A stretch of 63,932 bases of DNA, the filler included, from Sluysia triapertura (Eukaryota): the NCBI GenBank assembly GCA_046118255.1. It is 3 parts of 3 records of this genome, joined end to end, with 100 filler letters (N's around TTAATTAATTAA, not from the genome) between each part and the next. Parts side by side here need not be neighbours in the genome. Positions count along the whole stretch, not along the records: positions 31,563 to 51,325 come from JBJNIA010051005.1; positions 51,426 to 63,932 come from JBJNIA010102767.1; 1 more part is not named here. The stretch is one strand, 5' to 3'. The position numbers and the translations under genes were made by a program. This document shows, in pieces, positions 40,451 to 51,580 of the stretch; position 1 is the stretch's first letter; every line of letters starts with the position of its first letter. The notes under the pieces are model-generated. The model was not told the DNA's origin. It searched no databases and was given only the letters and a program-made list of their open reading frames with translations.

Positions 40451-43400
40451 TCATTTTACTTATTCTTAATTCAAAGTTTTCCTACGAATGTTTGTGAATT
40501 TCACTTATGTCACTTAATTTTCATTGAAGTCATAATTCTGTTGCGACTCCATCCATTAATAAATCGAGTGTGGAACTCATAATTAATTCACTTCTGTATG
40601 TGAAATTATTTCTCGAAGCTATACTCCGTAATTTCAGTTTCAGTTATGCTTTCAGATGAATTCACGTAAAACTCGAAATATATTAATTCAATATATTAAT
40701 AAGTCAATATTCCGATATTATAAATATTCAGAAATAATTGCACATTTTATTCTTACTTATTATATAAAACATTTGATTTTTATATAAAATAAATATTATG
40801 CAATAAATATTAAGTATTATAAAAATCAATTAATCGATGCGTTTAAGCGTAACCATTTCTTATCTATGAATTAATGTTTAACTCCTTCACATTATGTTTA
40901 ATTACATAATTAATGTATTCATTTCAATGCAATACTACTATTAACTTTATAATAATTTATTATTAGTTTTGAATCTCGAATAGTCCAGTCAAGTTTATCT
41001 GTAAGAAAAATGGAAGCTACAAGTACAACGGATGATTCTCCTCTTTCATTACAATTCAGAAGTGATAGCCGAAATACTTCAAAAAGCAGTGAGTTTTATT
41101 TTTAAAAAAATTTATGTAAATAAGGTTTGAACTGTTTTTTCTAAATTATTTTAGTAAATTTAATTAACTTAACAATTATATTTGATTCATTTTTCACGAT
41201 TTATGATAAGGTATCAATAGGCCCCCTTCGATATTGTGATGTGTACTTAATGTGTATACATAAATAGTTTTATAGTCAATAAGTCAAAAAGCTTTAAGTC
41301 AATAAAGACCGAAGCTAATATAAACAGTGCATTCAAACAGTTCTATAAGTTTTATATACGTCAATAGAAACTCAATATTTTATAATTTATATCTGGTGAT
41401 TTATTCTATTAATAATTATATCTTTTCTCTATGAAGAATCAAAAGAATAAGAATAGGAAACGAAGAACAGACTTTATAAAATGAACAGACTTTATAAGAT
41501 GAATAATAAAGCAGACTTAATGAGACAATTAAAAATATAAAACATTCAGAGAAGGTAACATGTCGAAGCTTTTGTAAACTAAACTATCAGGTGGATGAGT
41601 AGTGATTGCTAATGAGGCTGTTGCGTTTTTACATGAGAAAAGAAAATTTTGTCGAATTACAATACAATTTGGTTCGTCTATAGTTAGAAACTATATGGCT
41701 CGACCATAAGATTTTGTTTAATAAGACTAATGTAACATTAGTCCAAATAAATGTGGCCTATATTTTCAACGTAATTTTCTATTAAATTACTGTATTGATA
41801 TTTTAAATCCTTTTAAACACACTAAAGTTTTATTAGGTACAATATATCGAGTAAGTAAAGAATGACAATGTTTACTAAATAAATATTTAGAGGGTTTCTA
41901 TTTATTATCAACAAATTTATGTCATGATTTTAAGTATTATTAAAATCTGTGAAATTTGTTTAAATATTTTAACCAGATTTAATTAAGTTACAAACTTATA
42001 ATGTGGATAAATAATGGATCATAATAAATAACAATGATCAACGAGAAATCCAAGGAGATAATTCAGTTTCTTAATTTATCCTCTTAATAAGTTACCTGAT
42101 TTTCGTTTTTCTAGCGTGTTGGCTTTTTATTTGGCTGCTCTAATATTTTCTATTCTCATACTTGAATAATAATAGTAATAATAATAATGAAAATAATAAT
42201 AATATTTTAGTTAAGTATTTCTTAAAAAATTAAAATTGAATCTTTCCAATGAATATTTGTTTAGCTTAGATTTTTCTTATTTGTTACAATTAAATCTTAC
42301 ATTTAAAATAAATGTATTTATTTATTGTATTTATACTTATTATTTAGTCATTCATTTTAATAACCTTTTATCACTCTCATTTGGCACCTCAGATTTATTT
42401 TCCATCAACGAAAAATTTTTCCATAAATTTCAAAAAAATAAAAAACAGATACAGTATTATTTAAAGTTGAAATCGTCATTGTTCACATCACTTAGTGAAT
42501 TTGTCGAAGTTGTATTAGTTGTATCTTTCGAATTCGTTTTTTCGCAGTGAGTAAAAAATGACATGATTGTTGATTTGGAGGAGATTGTTGGCGGAGTATT
42601 AATTGGTGGAATTAAAAAGGTGAAAAGATTTTCTAAATTCTCTACAACGATATTTGTTATAGGTTTAAAAGATGGTACGAAATTTAAATCTTAAGATATA
42701 ATTAAACAGTGGAAAATGATAGAATTTCTAAAGTTTGTTTTGCTCTCTTGAGGGATAATCCGATTCAAAAGAGACAAGGTTATTGCATGAATGTCTTTTA
42801 GAAAATTTTTAATTCATACTCGTGGACGAATAGCGATAAGGCGTGAAATACATAACAATTTGTGCATTATTTTTAAAGCCATTGACATAAAATGATACAA
42901 AGACAGAAGGTGTGAAAATGAGGAAAAGTTAAACAGTTCTTCCTTTGAGTTTGATATTGAATATTATTAGTAAATTTTGGTTATAATAAAGATATACTTT
43001 TTGACGGTAGTTGAAATAAAACTGCAAATGTTGTAGAAATTAATTTGTTTCACTTTTCAGATAACAATGGCTAGTGGGGAGATTTTGTGCTAATGACGTT
43101 TGTTTGTTTATTGGTCTTATAAGTTTTATTGTCAAATCTTTTATTTCAATTATTACATTTGATTTTAACAAGCCTCGGTGGCGTTCTTTAAACATTGACT
43201 GCATTAGATATATAAGATAATGAATTCCTGATTAATAACACAAGGTGTACGAAATCTAAAATTTGAAAAAAACTTTAAAATGCGACACCTCCGTATGCTT
43301 TTGACGAAGTGATTGCGTCGTAACTGAAAGAATCATCAAGTTCAAGGTTACATTAACTAAGGGAACATCGAATTTACTTAAACATAACGGGTTTCCGCGA

Positions 43401-45299
43401 AGAATGTAAACTACAACGCTCGTTATGGCATTTTTGTCGATTTGAAGGATTCAAAACAATTATTAGCTTTTTCTTTTACTTTTACATAAATGCTTATACA
43501 AAACTTTACAAATCACAGACTTGGCGAAAAAACTAACAAAAACCACACAGGCATTTATAATTTGATATTTCGTGAATAATGTAAAATGTAAACTCGCGAC
43601 ATTTTTAACTATTATAATAACCATTAAAATGAATTTATTATGAACGTATTCATGATAACTTCAGTATTTAACAATGGTCAAAAAGAGATCAACAGGTGCA
43701 AACAAAATACGGTAAATTCGAAGCCACATCATGTCTTGTCCAGTAACAGATAACAAAATCGTGTCGAGTCCAATACTTCGAGCGTGAGCTCTTGACGCTG
43801 AATCGATTATTGACTTTCTTCAGTTTGACTTTCCTAATTATATTTAACAAGTTTCGAACTTCAAAATCTTATGGTCTTCCAACTAACTGAGTATTCTTCT
43901 ATCCTCCAATTCATTCTTCGTTTCAAAAGAATTAATACTTTCGGATGAATGTTGAGACTTGAAAGACCATTATTAGAAGTAGATATTGTGTTTTCTAAGT
44001 GGTATGATTTATATTTGTTTTCCTTGCATTGGTTGCAACTTTGGATATCACCAACAGAGTAAATTGCGTTCACATAAGTTTATGACTCAGAAACACAAGG
44101 TACGCTAGCTTTGCCATTTACTCCGTTCAAATAATCGAAAATTTGAACTGTTTGCATCTAGATATTTTCTTTAACTTTAAATTACAGTTTAAATTTATTT
44201 ATATCTTTTTAATGCTAATATAGATTTTTATTTCCTTTAAAACTTTTAACTTGCTAATCTTTTTTAATAAATTTTTGTATTTGTTGCTTATTAAGGTTAT
44301 TGATTCAATTTAAATGCTTAAAAAAATAAAAGTTATAAAATATAGATAAATAATAATATTTTAACAAAAAAAGTAAATAATAAAATATAAAAATCAAATA
44401 ATAATGATAATAATAATAACACTCATTAATAACAATTAATTAGGTTATACTTTTTTTGGTTTTGGTGATTGATAGTGTGAAGTTAAAACGGCATGGGGTT
44501 TATCAAAAGATTTAGCGAGTGAAATAGGTATCGTGAGAATAGGTGTTTAATGTGTTTTGATATATGTTTTGGTATGTGGTTAGAATGTGTTAAATCCTGG
44601 GTAATGGTCTGGGCCAAAACAAGATTGTCGATATTCAAAGAAAAGCCATAAAGTTTAGTTAGTAAAGAGTGCCATTAATTTTTGGTGTGTTGGTTAAATT
44701 GTTAACAATAATTGAAGGATGTTCACTATGTGAAGAGAATACATATTTTTGTGTTATGTATTCGTTGCGTAAAATATTTAAATATTTTATTAAAACTTTT
44801 ACTGGCACTATATTTTTTAAATCATTTTTGGCACTCCATTATCTTTAAACTAACTTTATTAATTTTAATGACTAATTATCTTTTACAATAACATGTTAAG
44901 TAGCACTGAAGTAGCCAATTCACATTTAATTGGATTGACAAAACAAATATAAATTTAACATCGTGGGCCTAGATTCGGCCATTTTAATTAAGTGATATTA
45001 TTATTATTATTAACATTACAAAATTAATAATTAAATTTAATTGCTTATTAGTGTAACCAAAGTTTCACACTAGTCTGAAGAATTATTTGTTGATCTAAAA
45101 CGTTTAGATACAAAGTTAATCTAAAGCGTAATATTGTGAGGTTTTATAAAATATGGAATGTTTAAGTCTGCAAAGGTAATTTCAGGGGGTGAAATTGACA
45201 CAAATAAGCCACACTTTATATATTAAGGAAATTCAAAAAAATGACAGGGTATCAGTAAGATAGTAGTAATTAGGAACAAATCTCATTTGGATTTCAAAG

Positions 45300-45630
45300 T
45301 CAGCCTCACTTACAGCGACGTCTTCGCTATCTTCGATCAGTCTGGAAAGAGTATGATCGTGTTTGTTTGATCTGGATACTTCGTTGGTTCCTTTATTTAA
45401 TGTGAATAGGCCTTCCTTAATTTGTTTGAATAAAACACGGTCGTCTTTGTTTCGTTTGAAACCATGATCGTCGTGTTCATACAGTTTGAATGGAACATCA
45501 CTATCTTCATTGAGGCTGAATTACTGTATTGTCATCTCTTTCGTTTGCATACATAAACATTAACTTTACTTAGGCTGAATAAAACGTTAACGTCTTTATC
45601 TCGTCAGCAAACATTATCGTTCTCATTACT
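45300..45630. repeat. Degenerate minisatellite with period of about 30 nt
   Basis: Recurrent gtttgaa/ggctgaat units; the minus frame reads FSLNEDSDVP-FKLYEHDDHG-FKRNKDDRVL. Confidence 0.45.
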
Positions 45631-46016
45631 TAGTTCACTTACATTATAAATAAATTATAAAATTTGTTAAATAATATATAGTCAAAATATATCACCAAAA
45701 CGATAATATATACTGTAAGTAACTAATATTTAGAGAAAATTGCGTAAGAATTATTATAGAATTAAATTAGTTAGAAATAGAAATATTGAATAGAGAAGTT
45801 GACTATAAAGAAGATTATATGATGAAAATTAAATAATTATTGGTTGTAAATTCTGAACAGAGAAAAATAATATATAAACAAAAATATGCATGATTTTACT
45901 TGAACGTATTGTAATTCGAACAATTTTAGCTTTCATAGTAAGGGCAGGGTTCCAAATAAAAAATAAATATTATTAAAATAAAAATATCAGTAAAATTGAA
46001 TATCACAAACCTTTAA

Positions 46017-46940
46017 CACGTCTACTTAGTTAAATTTCGTCAGGGACGGTAATATTTTTAAAGAATTAATTTTAAAAATCTATTTCAAATTTATTAAATT
46101 ATTCATTATTCATTTTTAGTAAAATGAAAACAATAACAATAAATTAATAAAATATAAATTTAGTATTTCTTCTTTGTGCAATAATTATTGAAGCTTTCAC
46201 CTAGATGTAATGGCACTTGTCAGTCTTGCACATAAATATGTAGGTTTTCTAATTTTATTCGTGTAGCAAGCATGACCATTTTTTATCAAAGATATTCTGA
46301 CTAATCTTTCAGCTAGATCAGAACGAACGGCATGAGATATTGTAGGAACACCACCAATAGTTCTAATTGAAGTGTAAGTTATGGTCTACCTATATTCTGC
46401 GGTTTCTTATTTGATGTATCTATTGAAATTTTCTTAGCACAAATTAGAGGGTTACTCTACAATTTCTATATTTAATTCTACTAAACTCACTTAATATTAT
46501 TATTTTAATTCTGTAGTGCTAATGATTTATTACAACGGTTAAAACAATAATTTAAATTGAATATATTCAAAAGAAACAAATAAATTTTTTGCAATGACTA
46601 AAAGTAATAATTATAATAAGAGTAACGGTTATACTAATATACTAAAATAATAATAATATTATATTGATACTGGTGATATTGATTTTAATGTGATTTTATT
46701 GCTAACATTAAATTAGCATCAAAAGATAAGTATTTATTTAAATTTATAAAAAACATTAACTTGCGAAATCATGAATTGATATGTCCGATGTGGCTGGATT
46801 CAAAATATAGATGTCCCCGGAAGTGTCTCGTAGGAACAAATGTTTGATCCAATAAATTGTCCTCAAAATCGTTTAAGTTTGATGTCCTCTTTATATATTT
46901 TTGTAGTTCTGGCTTTTAAGTTTTTGTTTACAGCACTTAT
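46017..46940 (-). mobile_element. piggyBac transposase remnant with 3' terminus
   Basis: Cys-rich tail HACYTNKIRKPT.Y..QD.QVPLHLGESFNNY (about 46170-46280); catalytic-like WIKHLFLRDTSGDIY (about 46800-46860); TTAA+CACGT end at 46013-46021. Confidence 0.5.
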
Positions 46941-48586
46941 ATGTAAATCATTATTTGTTTAAAATAAATATTAATTAAAAAATTAATAAACTTTAACTAA
47001 TATTCCAGAAACAATTGATTTAAACTTTTCTACTAAATAAACCAATAGTCCTTAATTCTTCGTTTTTTAATTAATCACAATTATTATTAACCATAAAAAA
47101 ATTTCAATTCAGAAATTGCATGGTCCCACCACTTTCCACAATTTTCTCCTACTTTATATATGTGATGATTTTGTGTGTAATATTTATTTGTTTCCACAAC
47201 GTTGAAATCTAGATAATAATCTCATATGAAACAATTTACATTTTCATCTTATCACATTCGGTAACCTTTACAGACGGTTCCCTTTCATCTTTGATAGTTT
47301 ATTGTGTTCTTGGTGTATTAGACCAATTCATAAATAGATTGTCACTTTCTTTTGATCTGTGATTTAGTAAGAGATAAGAAATAATCAAATGGGATGTGGT
47401 TTAATTATTGTGATTTGACTATTTTATGACTACTATTTGAAATAGGTGCGTTTGTTAAATAGTGTATGACAAATGATGAGAATGTTTTGAATAAAAAAAT
47501 ATAAGTATCTGAGCTAAATTTCGAATCGAACAGTTTGTTTAAATAAATTGGAAAAATCATATTCAAAAATTAATTCAAAAACCTATAAATTAATGAATTT
47601 ATAATTTTAATAGAGTAATGTATGTGCATGCAATAATTATTGAAATAAACGATTTTACACAATTTTCTTTTATTGTTTGTCTTAGAAAAACGAGAATTAA
47701 AAATTGTTGAGTGTTGGCATAATGCGAGTTTATTTGAGTAATTAGATGTATAGTTCACATGATTTGGAATTACGGTGTTCCTTTTCCTATTTCAAATTAA
47801 AAAGTAACATACAATGATAGTAACACTTTTTTGTTAAAAATTCTAATTAATCTATAAATAAAATTTAATATCTTTTTAAGTTCTGTGTTATCTTAATAAT
47901 AAACAACCGCTTTTATAACTTATTCAGCACAAAATTTACCTGAATACTTCTTAATAACCTTCCTATTAATTCCTTGAGATTTACCAGAATAATACTTAGA
48001 AATTTGGTTCAAACTATTTTTGTAACATTTTATGTAATACTTCAGATAATTTTATATCAATTTAGTAGTCTTTTTAATACTTATTAGAATCATACAATTA
48101 TTGACAATTATTTTTAATCAGCACATTAAGTAGGGTATTATAAATAAACACAGTTATTAAAATGGATATTGAATTTGTCATACCTGTTAAGTGAGACTAT
48201 GTAAAATGTATGGAGTTTGTTCTTATAACTGTCTCATTAAGTTTATAAATTACACACAAATTTATAATGCAAATGATTGAAATCGATTTGGGGTTACATT
48301 ATAAGTTTTATGATCATTACACTATTAACATCTTGAATAAATTGATTATAATTTCTAAGAAATAAATTAAAATTTTTTTCTTTTATCACGTTGAATAACT
48401 TATAATTAATTGCTTTATGTGTTTCGTCGTTAAATTTTTTACTAGAAGAAGTAATAAGAATAAAACACTTAAATTTATTTAAATCGCATGTATAAAATTT
48501 ATTTAATTCAAAGATTGCAGATTTTAAAGTCATAACTTAGACTGTTGTATTTTGGGACGCCACTGAATTACTCCATCGTGAATTCC

Positions 48587-48925
48587 TTAAGAACAAATTA
48601 TAAATAAATTCAAATGTTCGTTGATCAAAAAAATGTAATTTATTTTCAGTCTTGAGTTGTAAGCATAACGGGAATCTCTAAAGTTGTTGTGGAATTTAAC
48701 TTGGTCATTATTAATTTGTAGACTGATACTAATATCATTAAATTGTAAAGAACTTAATAGGTTGTTTAGACGTTCTATATATTGGTTTGTATATTCGTTT
48801 TTATCATTGCTGGATTTTAGTTCGGCGATATTATGAGAATAGCGGCACGAAGTTCCATATTTGATGCACATATTGAATCCAGCTACTTGAAATGGGCATT
48901 GTGCTAAGCATTTGTATACGCACAT
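48587..48925 (-). pseudogene. CCCH zinc-finger ORF (degenerate)
   Basis: YKCLAQCPFQVAGFNMCIKYGTSCRYSH has C-x9-C-x6-C-x3-H spacing with a YK lead-in and aromatic residues typical of TIS11-like fingers. Confidence 0.5.
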
Positions 48926-48990
48926 AGATTTAATACCATAACCTTTACTGAAGGTGGAGTCGGTAGTTGCATCATAATAGTGTTTATTGA

Positions 48991-49431
48991 TTATCTCGAC
49001 TCCTGTTCTTTTGTGATCGCAAGAATCGTATGTACAAGTTTTTTTGAAGCATTAAATTCCAGTTCGAAATTAACGTTTTCGCAAATTGTATTGAATACGC
49101 AAATTTTATTGAAGACATTAAAAAGATGAAACTTTAATACATTACAAGAATTATCCAAATTTTTGTATTTAAATTTTTGTGTCAGATCGAACACTGAAGA
49201 ATATGTATCCGTCTGATAGTAATACAATATATGCATACATTGAGGATGTTCATTACCGAATGTATCATAAAAATCAATCTTAAACTTTTTATCATTTAGT
49301 TTTATTTCGTATTTATATGGAGTCGAAACATTACCAGGTAATTGTTGTGATAGGTGTTTATCCATCAATAACCATAAGACTATTATAGATTTCCCAACAT
49401 CAACGTCTTCACATTATGTGTATTGCATCAT
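48991..49431 (-). pseudogene. Intronless Ras-superfamily small GTPase pseudogene
   Basis: In one frame: DVDVGKS (G1), DTFGNE (G3), LYYYQTD...VFDLT, VFNK (G4-like), EFNASK (G5-like); in-frame TAA at 49414-16. Confidence 0.7.
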
Positions 49432-49708
49432 AGTTAATACACATAACTTTACTTGATCTTTTACTCATTTTTTATTTAATAAATAAGCTAAAAATAATTG
49501 AATAAGATTAACTGTTTAAACGACGGCTATCTAATACTTTGTGTGCTTTATTTAAATTCTAATTTTTTAATCTCTCGAATTTTCAATTTATAACTTGTCG
49601 ATTTTTATTAAATAATTATTTGCCAATGATTACTAATTAATGAGAATTTTTTAACTTTATAATTTAATGAGTTATTAAATGTGTTATTTTTAGCTGATAT
49701 TATTAGTC

Positions 49709-49842
49709 AGCCAATGTATACAGTTATTGGTTAATCTGTTGTGCGAAAAAATGCACAACACCAAAACGCCAAGTAACTGTCAGCAGTCGACACTTCATAA
49801 GGTATGTTGAGTGTTTTAAATTAAACCGTCGACTGGTGACAG
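49709..49842. ncRNA. Candidate structured RNA element (multi-hairpin), copy B
   Basis: CTGTCAGCAGTCGAC/GTCGACTGGTGACAG (14 of 15 bp), TGTTGTGC/GCACAACA and AGCCAAT/ATTGGTT stems. Confidence 0.4.
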
Positions 49843-50909
49843 ATTGTTATTTAAAATTATAGTTATTTGCTGCAAACAATATTTATGTGATGACAATTAT
49901 AATTATGATAAATTTAATTTTGCTAATAAACGTAATTAAAATAATGATAATAATAATAAAAATTATAATAAAATAAATAACATAAAATAATAATAAAATA
50001 AAATAAAAGTAATAGTAATAATAATGATAAAATTAATTGTATAGAAATCTTTCGTAAACGTATTTCTTTTAATAAAAAATTCTTTTCTTTGGTTTCATTA
50101 ATTGATCTTATAATTATTTAGAACATAAATTAAATAAATAAAATTCTTTTACTATCTTTAAATGCTTTATAAAATATTTACTCTGGATCTTATCGATTGT
50201 CTTAAAAAGTACGTGTATCATCTTAACTAAAAATGTTAGAGAATGTTTACAATTTGATTATAATGTTTTAAGATGATTTTGAAATATGAATTTGGTGTCT
50301 TTCGATGATATTAAAGATTAAGTGCTTTTAAGGATTGTTAACCAGAGATGTTTTGGATTAATTCTAATCATGTATCTTTGATAATTCAAGATGTAAATTG
50401 TGACTCTAATGTTGTGAAATTCTGAGTTAAAATGTTTTACATGAAATTTAAAATGTACATTAATGGTTTGAACATAAGTATAGTTTTGATGTTATGAGTT
50501 TATGAATTTAATATGTTTGAAAAGTAAAAAGGTTTTAATGGATTTGCAGAAATATGATATAAAATGTAAGAATATGTAATATTTCATGTAACGTAGTAAA
50601 CTTGAATTTTAAGTGAAAGATTGGCCATCACAATCAAATCAGTTCGTGCACAATTTTAACCTTAAGTAGTATATTTTGTCCTACAAATGTCACTATTGTT
50701 CAACGATAATAATGATCAGTTTATAATTAATAATTATCTGGATTGTCGATAATTTTCTAAGCAATGCAATTGATTTCTTATTCTTTTTAATAATTAGTAG
50801 ATGTGTTATTCAAGTTTTTATTTGAAATAAATTTTCAATTTTTCGAATAATTAATTTAAAATTAAAATATCTTTTAATCTGATCACTTAATTAATTTATT
50901 TTATTTCAG

Positions 50910-50938
50910 TATATCATCGTCTAGGTGACAAAAGTTAG
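50910..50938 (+). CDS. Possible terminal exon of the C19orf47-like gene
   Basis: ttatttcag acceptor, then xYHRLGDKS*, repeating the VxxRLG motif of that protein. Confidence 0.3.
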
Positions 50939-51325
50939 CAATAATATGAAAATATCTTGGTTTTGAATATTTATTTTAATATTAATATATTTGTTTTCTT
51001 TTTATTGGAAAAATTATTTAAATGTTTTGTTTTTATTAATTAAAATTATTAATTAATATATGAAAAAATTAAAAGTAAAGCAATAGAATAAAGTAAAAAC
51101 TTAGCGTGAGTTCACCAACGTACTGGGCTTACTAGCTAGGGCCAGCCGTTGGATTTGTAGAAGAGAATAAAAAGCATTTCCTAGAAATACAACGTTGATT
51201 AAAAAGAAACTTTTTTATTTGGTTTTATTATTACTTTTTGAAATTTTTGTAAATCTGGAGGTTTATAATCAAAAATAATTTAATTGATATTTTGCGTAGA
51301 TCCTATGAAAAGGATCGTTGATAAA

Positions 51326-51425
51326 NNNNNNNNNNNNNNNNNNNNNNNNNNNNNNNNNNNNNNNNNNNNTTAATTAATTAANNNNNNNNNNNNNNNNNNN
51401 NNNNNNNNNNNNNNNNNNNNNNNNN
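51326..51425. other. Artificial assembly linker N44-TTAATTAATTAA-N44
   Basis: Identical to 31463-31562. Confidence 0.97.
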
Positions 51426-51495
51426 ACATGAGGTTCCTTCACGAAACCCATGGGCTCGAAGGGTTCCTAGAAGTATAAAAGGTTGAAGACCCCTG
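51426..51495 (-). mobile_element. hAT (Charlie-like) transposon terminus
   Basis: The reverse complement begins CAGGGGTCTTCAACCTTTT, a typical hAT-Charlie TIR; the partner end is lost at the contig edge. Confidence 0.55.
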
Positions 51496-51549
51496 CATTA
51501 AAGAAAAACAATCAAAATGGAACAACTTCATCAATCATTTAAATGCAAA

Positions 51550-51580
51550 GCCCGTTTAATTACCGACGGACACACGCTAG
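51550..51580 (+). mobile_element. Helitron-like 3' end
   Basis: GCCCGT..ACGGAC imperfect hairpin 5 nt upstream of CTAG, followed by T. Confidence 0.35.

Noticed and set aside
41010-41088. First exon of a plus-strand gene (ATG...GTGAGT)
   Set aside because: Only 26 codons, no recognisable product and no downstream exon identified.
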